NCBI GenBank assembly: GCA_030141605.1
Contig: JAQGDQ010000291.1
Coordinates: 105,071 to 169,070, forward strand
Source of the DNA: Tubiluchus corallicola
Lineage: Eukaryota; Animalia; Priapulida
Reading direction: 5' to 3'
DNA: 64,000 nt
Position numbers and translations under genes: made by a program. Shown piece by piece: positions 38,268-50,359 of the stretch (position 1 is its first letter; each line of letters begins with the position of its first letter). The notes beneath the pieces are model-generated. The model did no database searches and was not told the DNA's origin. It saw only the letters and a list, made by a program, of their open reading frames with translations.

Positions 38268-40067
38268 TTAGATGTGGAGGACTTGCACAAACGTATGCCT
38301 TAACAACTCTTCTGCTGATGGTCTCTGACGTGCGTTCCGAATGAACAGTCTTTGCAGAAAATCTCTACATGTCTGGCTGCTTGAATCCGGGAACCTTAGC
38401 TTAGGCTCCTCGGTTGCTATTTTAAAAATAGCTGCCATAGTCTCGTATTCGAACCAAGGTGGATGTTTATTAAGCATTTCATGAACAGCACAGCCAATAC
38501 TCCAGATATCAGCTTTCCTACCGTATCCTTCACCATTTATTACCTCGGGTGCCATCCAGTAAGGCGTGCCGATGACTGTCTTGGCGGCTGTTTGGCTCAC
38601 TATTGTTCGTAGTCTCTTAGAAGCACCAAAATCACTGAGCTTAACGTTACCACAACTGTCGCGCAAAATGTTGGCACATTTTATATCCCTATGGACAATC
38701 ATGTTGGAATGGAGATAAAAAATTCCGTCCAAGACTTGACGAGTGTACTTTCGACACACATTTTCCGTCAGAGCGCCGTAATCGGTAATTTCATCTTTGA
38801 TAGAACCACCGCTCATGAACTCCATGAAAATGCAGAGATCTGTGGCATCTTGTACACATCCAAAGTACTGAACAATTCTGTCGTTGTGCAAGTTTTTAAG
38901 CAACTGCAACTCACATTCCAAAGCTAGCACCTCTTTTCTCGTATCACTGTTTGCAGACGTCAGTGGTACTTTCTTTACAGCCAGGCTTCTACCGGTATCC
39001 GCATCGTAGCATAGGAATACTTGCCCAAATGCACCGGCGCCCAACAACCTTCCTTGCCTCCAGTTAGTCGGAGCACGAGGCGACTTTGCGCTATCCGGAC
39101 CAGTGAAAGTTGCAGACGAAAGTGACGTTACATCGAAATCACTGCCCCATTTCTGCCTGTCTCCATACGCATCAAATTCCTGTGCCAGTCCACTACTACT
39201 ACTGCTACCACTCAAAGACCTTTCACTACTCGATCTGTGATAATTGAAATGGTATAGGCCTATCTCTGTTGGACTAACCTGAGCTGTTTTTCTTGCTCTG
39301 GGTACAGTATGTCGTTCTAATCCCTCTTCCCTTGATCGCAAAAGTCTGGTCGGATAAGTACTGCCTTTAAAGCTGTGAGTGTAATAATCAGGGGGTCTTC
39401 CTCTTGCTGGAAAAGTGTTATTGCTTCCAAACGAAGCAATACTTCCTAAGGAACTGTTAGATCTGGAAAGATCTGAGCTAACTCCTAGCAACTCATCGGC
39501 GGGATCTTCTGGAATAAACATGCCACCCATGCAGTCTCCACTGTAACTGTGGCAAAGTGGCGTGTGCGACACAGACGGTTCTTGATCCGTGGGAACGTGA
39601 CCAGGAGGTGGAGAATCCGTACCAGCATTACGTGGAAATACCGGAGTGAATATCTCCTTCAGAGAATTAGGGGTTTGTGAAAGAGCTTGATCGTGAAATA
39701 TTTCCACCTCTTTACTAACGAAAATACGAAGACTGCGTGCCCTATCACTGCGATCCAGCAATTCCAGCGCTTTGTCTAAGTCTTGCTGACTAAGAATGGG
39801 GACAATTACTTCACTGGTTGCTAATGTATAGTGAAGTGCAGCCGTTTCCAGATTGTAAACATTTTTCACTTTACTCAGCAAATCTGAATACTTGACTGGT
39901 CGTCGCATTTGGACGATTCTCTTTTCGCTACCTTGAGGCGAGCAGTATTCCAGCTTAATGCGCAGTTCATTTTTAGGCCTAGTCCTGGCTTGCTTATAGT
40001 GAAATTCAAGCCCATGTTTTATGTCCTCGAGTACATCGCTCAGTGGAAGGTCGGCCTGGTCATCCAT
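38268..40067 (-). CDS. MAP3K2: MAP kinase kinase kinase 2/3 (MEKK2/3), 599 aa, single coding exon
   Basis: Probable start is MDDQ at 40067, preceded by the acceptor TTTTTTCAAG. N-terminal PB1 (LRIKLE...EKRIVQMRRPV...QDLDKALELLDRS...SLRIFV); kinase domain SPRAPTNWRQGRLLGAGAFGQVFLCYDADTGRSLAVK, HRDIKCAN, DFGASKRL, GTPYWMAPEVINGEGYGRKADIWS. Pro-orthologue of vertebrate MAP3K2 and MAP3K3. Confidence 0.95.
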   Translation of the reverse strand: MDDQADLPLSDVLEDIKHGLEFHYKQARTRPKNELRIKLEYCSPQGSEKRIVQMRRPVKYSDLLSKVKNVYNLETAALHYTLATSEVIVPILSQQDLDKALELLDRSDRARSLRIFVSKEVEIFHDQALSQTPNSLKEIFTPVFPRNAGTDSPPPGHVPTDQEPSVSHTPLCHSYSGDCMGGMFIPEDPADELLGVSSDLSRSNSSLGSIASFGSNNTFPARGRPPDYYTHSFKGSTYPTRLLRSREEGLERHTVPRARKTAQVSPTEIGLYHFNYHRSSSERSLSGSSSSSGLAQEFDAYGDRQKWGSDFDVTSLSSATFTGPDSAKSPRAPTNWRQGRLLGAGAFGQVFLCYDADTGRSLAVKKVPLTSANSDTRKEVLALECELQLLKNLHNDRIVQYFGCVQDATDLCIFMEFMSGGSIKDEITDYGALTENVCRKYTRQVLDGIFYLHSNMIVHRDIKCANILRDSCGNVKLSDFGASKRLRTIVSQTAAKTVIGTPYWMAPEVINGEGYGRKADIWSIGCAVHEMLNKHPPWFEYETMAAIFKIATEEPKLRFPDSSSQTCRDFLQRLFIRNARQRPSAEELLRHTFVQVLHI

Positions 40068-43000
40068 GAGCTTGAAAAAAATTAGAATAAATCTAGAGAG
40101 CTTAGCATGACGCAAGCTCAAATTTCAAGATTAATGTACAAGTTTATTGACATCTGGTTCAAAATTCTACAAACCAAATTCTACTAATTTTCTAAATTTC
40201 GTTACAGTTCAATGGTTACACCGAAAGAAATTATAAAAAGTAAAGACCAACAAGACTGTGGAAATATGTACTGAGGTCAGCTTGTAAATTTGAATATATG
40301 AACACACAGAGAATCAGAAGATGTTGGCTCACGCATGTTACTACAGTAGGCGCTGCTTAACAGACTCACGGTTAATCTGGAACGGGCCGCTTCTATTCAA
40401 ATATACATAAAAACTACGTTAATTGACTCAAATAACTCCGCATAATTGACTCAATATTTTTGCTTCAGCTACTTAAAATAAGATATTTGTATGTGCCGTA
40501 AGAGCCTTTCCCACTTTTATATCATCTTTACTTCTGTTTTGTGCATTATGTATACAGAAACAATCATGTTAAGTACCGTTTTGCTTGTAAGCAAGTACGT
40601 TTATCAAGCGCTAATACAGTAGCATAGCAGTTTTGCTTTGAATACGTTAACCTATTACCCAAGAATTTCTGGAAGCTAAACACTTAATCACTTGTCTAGT
40701 GCTTTCCTTTTGATGCTCTCGTTAAAAATCACGCTTTAAGGCTTAATGAGTTAACAATGACTGATGCAGGTACAGTACTTTTTGCAAATAAACAGACAGA
40801 TTTAGAAAAGTATACTTTTTAATCTATTGCTAATTCACTTCTATAAATTAATATGTCAAAATATTTTTTTTTAAATTTTTAACTGCAGAAAGGAATTTAA
40901 GCATTACTTCTTTTTTAAAATTCATTAAAAGCCTTTTCAGTGCATACTAAGCTGACGAGTTATACTTCTATACCAGTAATTCTACACCCATCGGTTAATA
41001 GGTTCAATCGGTTAATTGGGCCAAAACACATTGGTCCCAAAGTGAGTCTATTAAGCGGCGCCTAGTGTAATTCTAATGAGTGCTTTTACATGTATACCCA
41101 TTTGCACTGAATTCGCATGAGGACGATTAAAGCCTAACAAAAGCTGTTAAGCTTTAATCCGCTGTTCATCCACTGTTAACAGGCTGACGGGTCTGCATGA
41201 ATTAATTGTTAAGGCTGCAAGTTGTTCTATGGGTAATCATGGGTGCAAATATAATAACCCAGAATATTTTTGTGTATGTTTCTACTCACTTACCGCTGAT
41301 TTTCAACAACACAGCGACTGCTCACATAGTGACAGAAACCCAAACACTTGTAAGACATGGCGAAATGCACGAATTCGCCAACTTAGTATGTCATCAAAAG
41401 AGCTGATGCACCAAATAGTAAAGTTTTTTTATTTTTTCAATTTTCGTATGTTCTCAGATGTTTAATATTGTTCAATAAACAATTGTACATGTGCACGGCA
41501 CAACAAAGAAACATTGCTGCAAGAAACTGAATGAACAACAAACAAATGTGCTCAATGAGATGCATGAGCATTTTAAAGTCACACTGTGAGTTGAAAAAAA
41601 CCACACTAATTAAAATCACACTTAGGTAAAATCATGCTAAAGCCTTTGAAGTAATTTCAAGCATTATCACAAATCACTTGTGATAAATTGACCGTCATGA
41701 ATACTTGCTGATATAACGCGAGGATTTTGCACTGTTTTGATGGGCAATAGTGACTTCCAAATTTGGTATGTCATAATTGCTCTCAATTATCTGTTAACTA
41801 CATTTCTCCACACAATAAAGAACAAAAGGGTTGCATATGAATTCAGTCTGAGCAGGGAAGCGTGTAAAAGGTGTACAAGGCTTCATGATATTTAATATGG
41901 ATACTTGGCAAAGTGCACTAAAGATCACTGCCGAATCATTGGAGCAGTACCGCGATCAAAATAAGTCAAAATTTTAAAACAGAATTAAGAATTGGACACT
42001 GGAAAACTTACACATTTTTTACACGAGAAAAGGTGACAAAACAAGAGTGACTGGGGGGGGGCACAACACAACTGGTCTGTTTTTTAAGTAGCAAAAGCTT
42101 CTTGCTCAAGTAAACTTGCCCACAAGGGCAAGAGGACTGCACAATATTAGTTCTAATTATAACATTAAAAACTTGTTCTATTTTAGAATGCATCTAAAAC
42201 ATACATTTATTACTATATTAGCAACTCTTTAAGTCAGTTCAAGACAAGATTGAACAGTATTCAGATTCAATACCGAAAATTGTTTCCAAACTTCGTGAAG
42301 AAATATACTTATGCGAAAACATAAATCTGTGCAAGGTATGGCACAGCAAAAATATAGTTTCAGCCCCCTCCCCCCAAATGATGGTATATACAAAAATAAT
42401 TTTATTCTTCAACTTTTACTCGGCTCACTTAGGGATAACTAGACACAGGTAAAACCCTGACCTGTACAAACAAACTAGGCATAATTACTTGGCATCCGGA
42501 CGTTCTATTTCCGATTATTTAATTTTTAATAATACAACACGAAAAATTTAATTTTAATACACAATATCTGCGATTTCAATATCTTGTTTTGAAAATATCT
42601 GCAACAGGTATTTCTGCATTATTATTATACGAGCAGCACCATATTTAATAGACTTGGGGCGCACTATAAAGAAAGAATTCCCATAATAGAGTAAATGCGT
42701 GTTAGTTTATTAACAGATAAAATTTCACGTTTGTCTGCAACCTTGAGTGAATTACATACGATTCAAAATGGCATTCCAGAATTATTTCGTTTGATTTTGT
42801 GCAATAAATAGAATTCAATTACAATAATACACTAGCAGTTTTAATCACAAAACTGAACAGTATTCACAAATAGATAATAAACAAGTTCTACTTACTGGTG
42901 ACGTAAGATATAATGCCTCACAAAGCTTTCATTTTATAAAATTGAAGCGTTCAGCAACTAAGCCACACATACTTCTAGTTGCCCGACATTATTATTTTAA

Positions 43001-44759
43001 TTACCTAGTGCACCATCTAGTGATCAATTATACAAGTTTTTATGTCGGACCTTGCGCTTACGGCGGGCAGAGGCAGAGATACATGAAAGTGCCTTTCACG
43101 TCACACTTACCAACAATGAAGTGACACACTACTATAAAAGTACACTGCTTTGTTATGCGTTATGTTTTTCATTGGTTATCAATAACGAAACTGTGCAGTA
43201 GTGTCAGCTGTACTGACATAGTGGCAGAGAGAGGAGCAGGATGCATTAATATCTCTAGACAGATAATCAGGTCGCCAGAAAGCTAGATGGAGAGAGAAAG
43301 AGAGGGGGGGGGGTAGATAGGTAGGAGCAGGGCCATTTTAATTAACAGCGTTATAGGCCTGGGGTAAAGCAGCTAGTGCAGTGGGGCCCCAACCTATATA
43401 ACCACTTATGTCAAACTATAGCGTCCACTGTACCCAAAGCTCCCATCTGCCAATTTTATGTAAATTATAAACTGGCACATGTGGAAATTAACTTTGTTTT
43501 ATTGGGCAAGCGTTTTCTAAGTGTGAACAATGCAAAACGAAGAAAATATAGAGCACAATATTTTGCTGTTCTTCATGTAATTTTTGGGTGTGCTAAAGAG
43601 TGCAATAACCAACGAACGTTTGAGCATAATGGTCTGGTTTTTAGATTTCTAGAAAGAGCTATTAATTTGCCAAATTCATTTATTTAATTATTTATTTAAT
43701 TTATTTACTGAATATTTTTAGCTGATGAGTAAAAGCTCATCAAAATTACTAAAAAAAGCTAATTTATAAAATGTCACACTATGGCACATTGATTGATTAA
43801 AAGTACATTGAATATAACAAAAAAAGGAATAATAAAAAATTTAGTAAAATAATAAAGGCAATACCACAAAGCATACACAATCGTAGAAAATGCAAGATTA
43901 TCTCAACCACAGAACGCTTCATTAAAATACTAAGTTTTCAGACTATTGTCAGTTATTGCCGTTAAATGTCTTTTTTAAATGTCTTTTACTAAAAAATGGC
44001 AATTTGCGCAAAGCACACACACCGTTGATGTTTTTAAAACGCACCCTGGGTGGGCTGTTTATGCACAGTTAATTATCCCGTTAATAATTATAATCATTGA
44101 TTTTCAACGTAACGTTTGTTTTAATACTTTATTTAGACAAAAAAATCAATAATAATATTATCAAGTTTTCGTTTTAAATAAAGCATGAAGCATCAAAGCC
44201 AAGTTGACTATTATGAGGAAATAAACTAGTAAAAATGGTATAACCCGAATTATCGTTACTCAATGCAGAAAACTTGGTTGCTCAATAATTATTGTTGTTC
44301 AATGGCCTGTTGACTTTTCGTATAACCTCAGAAAGTGACCTTCTTTGCCCGAAAGCATGGTGGGAAACGGACACAATTATGAAATTCATCAACCCGAATT
44401 TTCCAAAAAGGCCAAAAAAGTTAGACAAAAATAGTGCTGGGACGAACTTTTTAAAAGCTACATGATATGCATCAACACTTATTCAGCATTCAACATAGAT
44501 TTCGAAAATAATTTTCATAAACATAATTACGACAACTATATCTGCTCCAAAATTATGCAAAAAACAATGTAAAAAATAATAATTGTTATTTTTCTGGTAG
44601 CATCTTCGAACGGTCTTATACCCACTATTTAATTTTGCCTTTGCCTGTATAATCACACAATACATATATATATATATATACATGTTCCAATAGAAGAAAA
44701 ATACACAATTCAGCTTTTCAAAATATTTGATATCAGTTAAAGACTCTTAGCATTGCATG

Positions 44760-45285
44760 GTTTTTGAAAACAATAGATTTATTCCTCTTGAAACTGATAT
44801 CTAGATTCTTTCAACTTTAATTGAACCTATGTTTTTGTACAATGCTGAGTTATGAACAATAAAAGTTAAGCAGCAAACGGAAAGTGACCATTTTCAAAGA
44901 CGTCTTTATAGAAATTACTAGGATTTAAACCACCTGATGGAATATCTAATGATGATCTGTATGATGCGGTGTGGAAGAATCCTTGTAGTAAAGGACTGAA
45001 TCCAAGTAAGAGGATTGCATTGGATTGGGCATACATGCATTTAAACTACCTCAAGAGTCTCCCCTTTAAATAGCATCGCGCAAAACTCTTGAAACGACAA
45101 AAAAAGCCAAAGTGGGATCAGCTACTGACGTATATAAATATACTGCAAAAGTATTAAAAAATTAATACAACTGTAGATTTGCGGGATGATCCATTGTGGA
45201 CAGCGGCAGTGGACAGGAATGCATGGCATCAACAGATGGGGTGCGCCATGTTTCAGGACGTTAGAAGCACCTAAATGATGAAGAA
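44760..45285 (+). mobile_element. Degenerate LINE (RTE-like) 3' end
   Basis: Fragments TLIEPMFLYNAE, FQRRL, ISNDDLY, LHWIGH, AVDRNAW with stops and frameshifts. Confidence 0.6.
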
Positions 45286-46639
45286 AAGCTCTTACCAGAA
45301 CAATTAAGTTAATTTAACTTTGAAAACTAATCTATATTACAGTACTAGAGTAAAATTACATTAACAGCAATTTACATTACAACAGTATCAACAGAAAAGC
45401 GAAAAGTAATGCCAGTTGAACTGATCAAAACATGTTAAAGGAACATTCAAACTCATTTTGATCAGCTGACCTTACTGTTCTAATTTAAACATTTTGTCTT
45501 ATTATTTTATTAAAACGATTTTAAAATAGCTGCTGCAGTTTGGTGGTACATTTTAATTCATGCTCCTTTCCAAATTCTGATATTTTAAATCGGTAGCCTA
45601 ATTCTACGTAGTTTAGTTTATATAGCTTATTGTCATAATAAAATATGCAAAAGTAAAGCAAAATTATTATTATTATCATTATTATTATTATTATTGACAC
45701 GCACAATAAAAATGAAGTATAGCATGCGAAGGAAAAAGACGTTAAAAAGCTCGACTCTGTAACTTAGATATTTTTATGACATGGAGGTGTTGACTGTTGA
45801 AGTCCGCTGACTTATACACGTGTTTATGTTTCAATGAGTAGGCCTACACATTTATCTTTCGTTAGTTGACCAATAAGCCTAATTAACAAGCATCAAGTAC
45901 TAATATAAAGCTAAAATGACAAATAACAAAAGTATGTATAATTGCAGTGCAATATAATGCTTAATCGAAAATTACAATTTATGAGAAACCAAATAAAAAC
46001 ATTTTAGTTTTCAGGTGTTGCACATTACTAACATTTCTTATGTCATATGGAACATCGATCCATTCAATTTATTAAAAAGTTTCAAACATTTGTTTTACAC
46101 TTGGAAGCATGGATGTCGTTTGCCTGCCTAGTTTTATACACATGAATATCTTTATTATAAATAAAATAAAAAATATACTAGAGGAACTGATCTAATATTA
46201 TTAACCTAAGCTGGCAAATGTAATGTACGTCGTAAATTTACAATAATTAAAGTTATTAAGTGTTATTCTTATTTTAACGTCACTTTAGATAAATGGTTTT
46301 CAACTGTGCGTGAAAATGTTGATCCTAATTATCGTCCTTATTATTGTCATAATTGGGACGGTCTTCTAAATATTCGGAAAAGTAGGAATGTTTCATTTTT
46401 CATTCTGCCCGGCAAGCTAATATACATTATTTTATTCAAACCACCAAGATAGCCATAACACTTACACCTGTACTCATGGATAATGTATATTTCTGTGTAA
46501 TATTTTCTTGTATTCTGTTTGCCAATAATTATTATTAATCTCATAAATAGTTATTCTTCTGATAAGCTGCATTACTTATACTGTGATTCGGCGAACAAAG
46601 CAGTTTTTTATTGTTGTTTTTGTATTAGAGTAAGACATA

Positions 46640-47052
46640 ACTTACGTACAAAACTGGTTCTTTCTCCTATCTTTGTAAAATATTGATGTGCTTATCCAAG
46701 TTTTAAATTGGTATACCTAAACACTTAATTGTGTGTTATATTCAGGATCCACGTTACATAATATGCATTCCGTCATTGTGCGCAAATCATCCTTATTTGT
46801 AAACAATTATTTATGCATATAATTATGACATTTTAATAGTACCGTAGCTTTAGTTTCGAGAATTTCTCTCTGCCAGTACCTGTAATAAGGTTGAGCAATA
46901 AGCGAACTTGAACCGAATTGAATGTGCCTGCTCTTCAAAAAGTTACTGTTGTTGCTTAATAAGTTGCTTTAGAAAAGTTTATCTAAATGGTAAATATAAA
47001 TATTCCTCGCTAAATAATGTTATTTTCAGCGAGTTGATTTTCGCATGTGAGT
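46640..47052. promoter_or_regulatory. Candidate bidirectional promoter and 5' UTR exons for MAP3K2/3 (-) and HS1BP3 (+)
   Basis: Minus-strand donor GTAAGT at 46645-46640 and plus-strand donor candidates at 46990 (GTAAAT) and 47047 (GTGAGT), between two divergent genes whose ATGs are each preceded by splice acceptors. Confidence 0.3.
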
Positions 47053-47529
47053 TTTAACTTTTAAAACTGAATTAGTGAAACTTTTACAACCCACTTGCTT
47101 AGATCTGAAAATGTATATCAGACGTGAAAGGCCTTACAAATGGCCCAAGAATTAAAAGTTCAGCGTCCTGGTGTTGTACCTAGCTCGGAAACAATAAAAT
47201 AAATTATTATAGAGAACCATATAGGATCGAGGTAGCTGCGGAGGGAGGTGATGTTCCTTTGATTTCACTACTCACCAGATGCACTTCATGAATAGATGTT
47301 TACGTACTCTTAATAATACTATAGTCTTATGTTTACTCCTGTATTATTCAAGGATCGTTGTTAACATCAAAGCAAAAAACCTCATTGGCAACACTCCTAT
47401 CCCCAGCGAAGAAGAGAGCAGTGTTTCCACAGCAGACTTCTGTCTGTTAGAAAGCTTCTAAGATTTGAAGACAGTGGCGGAAAACAGCAATAGAATTCGC
47501 ACTGATAATGTTAGGGTAGGAACGACACA

Positions 47530-47755
47530 AATAGTTCCAGTCTGGCACTATTCTAGCTGAAAAACTACAATGGTGAAGCTTAAATCTGCTTCGTTCATTC
47601 AGAAGTTTGAAGTTTCCTCCTCATGTACTGTCGCCCTACTGAAAAAGTCATCAAAACTGAGAATGACATTTCCTTGAATGTTGTTACATACCATAACTAA
47701 ATCAGCATGTAGGCGCCTTTCTTCCAGTAATGGTATGTGGAGTTCTTGCAATCAC
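47530..47755 (-). mobile_element. CR1/L2-like LINE 3' fragment
   Basis: LQELHIPLLEERRLHADL...FSARIVPDWNYL motif series typical of CR1-clade ORF2 ends. Confidence 0.65.
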
Positions 47756-47993
47756 TGTGGAGAAATAAGAGTCTTTACCTAGACAAGTGACATAAATATC
47801 TAGACAAAGAGAGAGGCAAAAATATTTCTGCAAGCAATTTATTCTGAAATTATCAGTTGCAAGTCATGGAAAAAACATTGCATCTTATAAACCAACATTG
47901 AAATATTGATGAAATTATGATTCTTTTTCAGGTTTACATTGATGGCATAGAGCTGCATTTTTCTTACTAGACGGTGTTGCTTTGGCGGAAAAG

Positions 47994-49331
47994 ATGCATA
48001 ACGCCCAGGTTACTGTGCGGGAGCTCCGAAATGTTGAAACGGGGCTGGACTTGACGGTTCCAACCTATAAGGTCATTCCTGGTTTGTTAGGCGGCACCAC
48101 AGAGTTTAGCGTTATTGCCATAACTAATCTTCCATATTTTAAATCTCCAAAGCTTAAGCATGACGACGTAATTCAGTTTGTTTTAACAAAAAAGTTTGTG
48201 GAATTTGAAGATCTTTACGCTAAGTTGAGTGAAGCTTATCCTGCAACAGTGTTTCCTGGGTTGCCGCATAAAGGACTTCTCGTGACAGAAGATATTTTAA
48301 AAGAAAGACGTGCCGCGGCAGATGCCTTCTTAAAATTTTGTGCCAGACTACCAAAAGTATCTTCTAGCCCTCCTGTTCTCCATTTTTTAGGAGTCAGTCC
48401 TAGCAAAGTTGTGCAGACTAATAGCTTGACAGCGGAAAATGCTAAAATTGAGGAGGCAGAAGACCTTTTTGATGAATTAACTTCAAAAGTTACTACTTGC
48501 AAATCACCTACACGACCACAACATATTCCAACGTCAAAACTTGACAAAGGATTGGGTGTTCCTAGTCTATTCGGTGATGCTGAAGATGATAACATCTTTT
48601 TTGATAAGCCTGATACGAGCGAAATGCTTGATGATGATAGTGCTTTGTTTGGTAATAGTGTTACGTATAAGCAGGTTCCGGACGTTAAAAAGGGTGATAA
48701 TAATAGCAAATCAAATGTTGATCCTTTAGGAGGAATTGTGATTGAACAAAAACATTCATCCGGCAATTTTCCTTACACCACACAAAGCAGTACTAGTAAG
48801 TCATCAAATGTAGACACAGTCTCATCACATTTTCCAGAATATTACCAGCTTAGTAAAGATGATACAGATTTATTCATACCATCTGAAGCCAGAATGGAGT
48901 CTCCTCTTTTTGATAAACGTGAAGACACTGCAGATGATGTTTTGCTAGACGATGACATTGAAAATTTGTTACACATAGAAGACGAGAAAAATATTTTGGG
49001 TGGCAGTACATTGGCATCAACAATACATACAAGTATGCAGCAAGGGAAACCTGTTGTACCTCCAAAGGCGGAAGCATTATCAAAACCTGTCAAGCAGCCA
49101 AAGCCTAAAGTTGCTGCTAAGCCTGTCATGCAGACAAAGGTTCCTAAACCTCGCTTACCACCTAAACCTGCTCCACGTAAGCAACAACAAAATGCAGAAA
49201 GAGAAAAGAAATTGTCTTCTGATGCAAAGAATGGATCTGTTACGTCTAGTGCTCTTAATGAGCCAGAAAATGTGGATATCTTGAAATACATAGAAGAAAA
49301 TCAAGATAGTCAAGATGTTACTTTGTTTTAA
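47994..49331 (+). CDS. HS1BP3: HCLS1-binding protein 3 (PX domain), 445 aa, single coding exon
   Basis: N-terminal ...RNVETGLDLTVP...FKSPKLKHDDVIQFVLTKKFVEFEDLY...LKERRAA PX domain; Pro/Lys-rich region; C-terminal DILKYI...LF, all characteristic of HS1BP3. First ATG at 47994; acceptors at 47931 and 47970. Confidence 0.92.
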   Translation: MHNAQVTVRELRNVETGLDLTVPTYKVIPGLLGGTTEFSVIAITNLPYFKSPKLKHDDVIQFVLTKKFVEFEDLYAKLSEAYPATVFPGLPHKGLLVTEDILKERRAAADAFLKFCARLPKVSSSPPVLHFLGVSPSKVVQTNSLTAENAKIEEAEDLFDELTSKVTTCKSPTRPQHIPTSKLDKGLGVPSLFGDAEDDNIFFDKPDTSEMLDDDSALFGNSVTYKQVPDVKKGDNNSKSNVDPLGGIVIEQKHSSGNFPYTTQSSTSKSSNVDTVSSHFPEYYQLSKDDTDLFIPSEARMESPLFDKREDTADDVLLDDDIENLLHIEDEKNILGGSTLASTIHTSMQQGKPVVPPKAEALSKPVKQPKPKVAAKPVMQTKVPKPRLPPKPAPRKQQQNAEREKKLSSDAKNGSVTSSALNEPENVDILKYIEENQDSQDVTLF

Positions 49332-49742
49332 TTGATTAGATGCTTTTTATTCTTATTTTAAAACCTGAATGGCATAATTCGGTATAGATCTCGTTCAGTC
49401 AAAATTATTAAAATGACTTAAATTGGCATAAAAGTTAGTTTTAATGGCATGCTGAATAAAATATGCGCATGAAATCTATCTGGTTAATAAGCTACGAATC
49501 TGTGTGATATTTCATCCAATTTAGTAAATCGGTAAAGAGATTTCGAAGATTTAATTATACAGTAATTACTTAATTTGTAAACAATTTATATGTGACATTT
49601 CGAAGTTACAAAGTCATAATAATATGATAGTGGTACAATGTACAGTAAAAATAATTATAGGTATAACCGATCTATAGTCTGCAAAACAGGACTAATGTGA
49701 CTAATTGCTTAGGATTATGTGGAAAAGATAAGCACACTCATA

Positions 49743-50359
49743 TTGTGCCTGTAACAATCCATCGATGCGTCGTGATATCCTGCATTACGATATGTATATT
49801 GCCAAGGTGCACCCGTATCGTGATAATTTGAGTCAATGATATTTAGCAAATTAGCACTCACTTGATTGTATGCTGATAAAAAAGATGCGAAGTGATTCAA
49901 GCTGAAGTGGTGGTGTGTACTGTATATACGTACCAATTAGTGCAGCGAGCAGCAGTCGATTTAACACAGGCACTGCTAGCAGCCAAAGAGGTTGAAAAGT
50001 GAAAGATGTTTAATCTGTAGTATGCTAATTACGTCGTTTACACATGAACTCATGAAATGGCAAGAGTGAACCAGAAAATGCACAAGCAACTTTTAATATT
50101 AAAGTAATGACATGTTCTACTGCTAGCTTATAGTGCAAACATTGTAATTGCCTGCACATTACACAAGTAATATAAAAAACCAAACAGTTTGTCAAGTTAT
50201 TTTAGCATTTGGCAATTGTTAAAACTATTGATTGATAAAATATGTTTGATGGTTATTACCAATGGCTTTGTCTAGTTGTTTTATAAAACCTGCAAACATT
50301 AACTCAACTGTATCATGACACGTATCGTACCATGTCATACGTGTATCGTTACACCCCTA
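49743..50359. mobile_element. Degenerate hAT-like MITE
   Basis: Right end GTATCGTTACACCCCTA and degenerate left end GCCTGTAACAAT, with GTATCG/CGATAT subterminal repeats. Confidence 0.45.

Noticed and set aside
40068-40121. N-terminal 18 aa of the 617-aa ORF
   Set aside because: Starts at a non-ATG codon and spans a polypyrimidine/acceptor tract; homology begins at MDDQ (40067).
43722-43745. CTGATGAG hammerhead-like core
   Set aside because: Forms only a simple hairpin with no GAAA and stem arrangement; CTGANGA hits at 40953, 62811 and 63016 also fail.
48236-49291. Antisense ORFs of 176 and 149 aa
   Set aside because: Shadows of the HS1BP3 coding strand; likewise 38691-38927 and 53419-54041.
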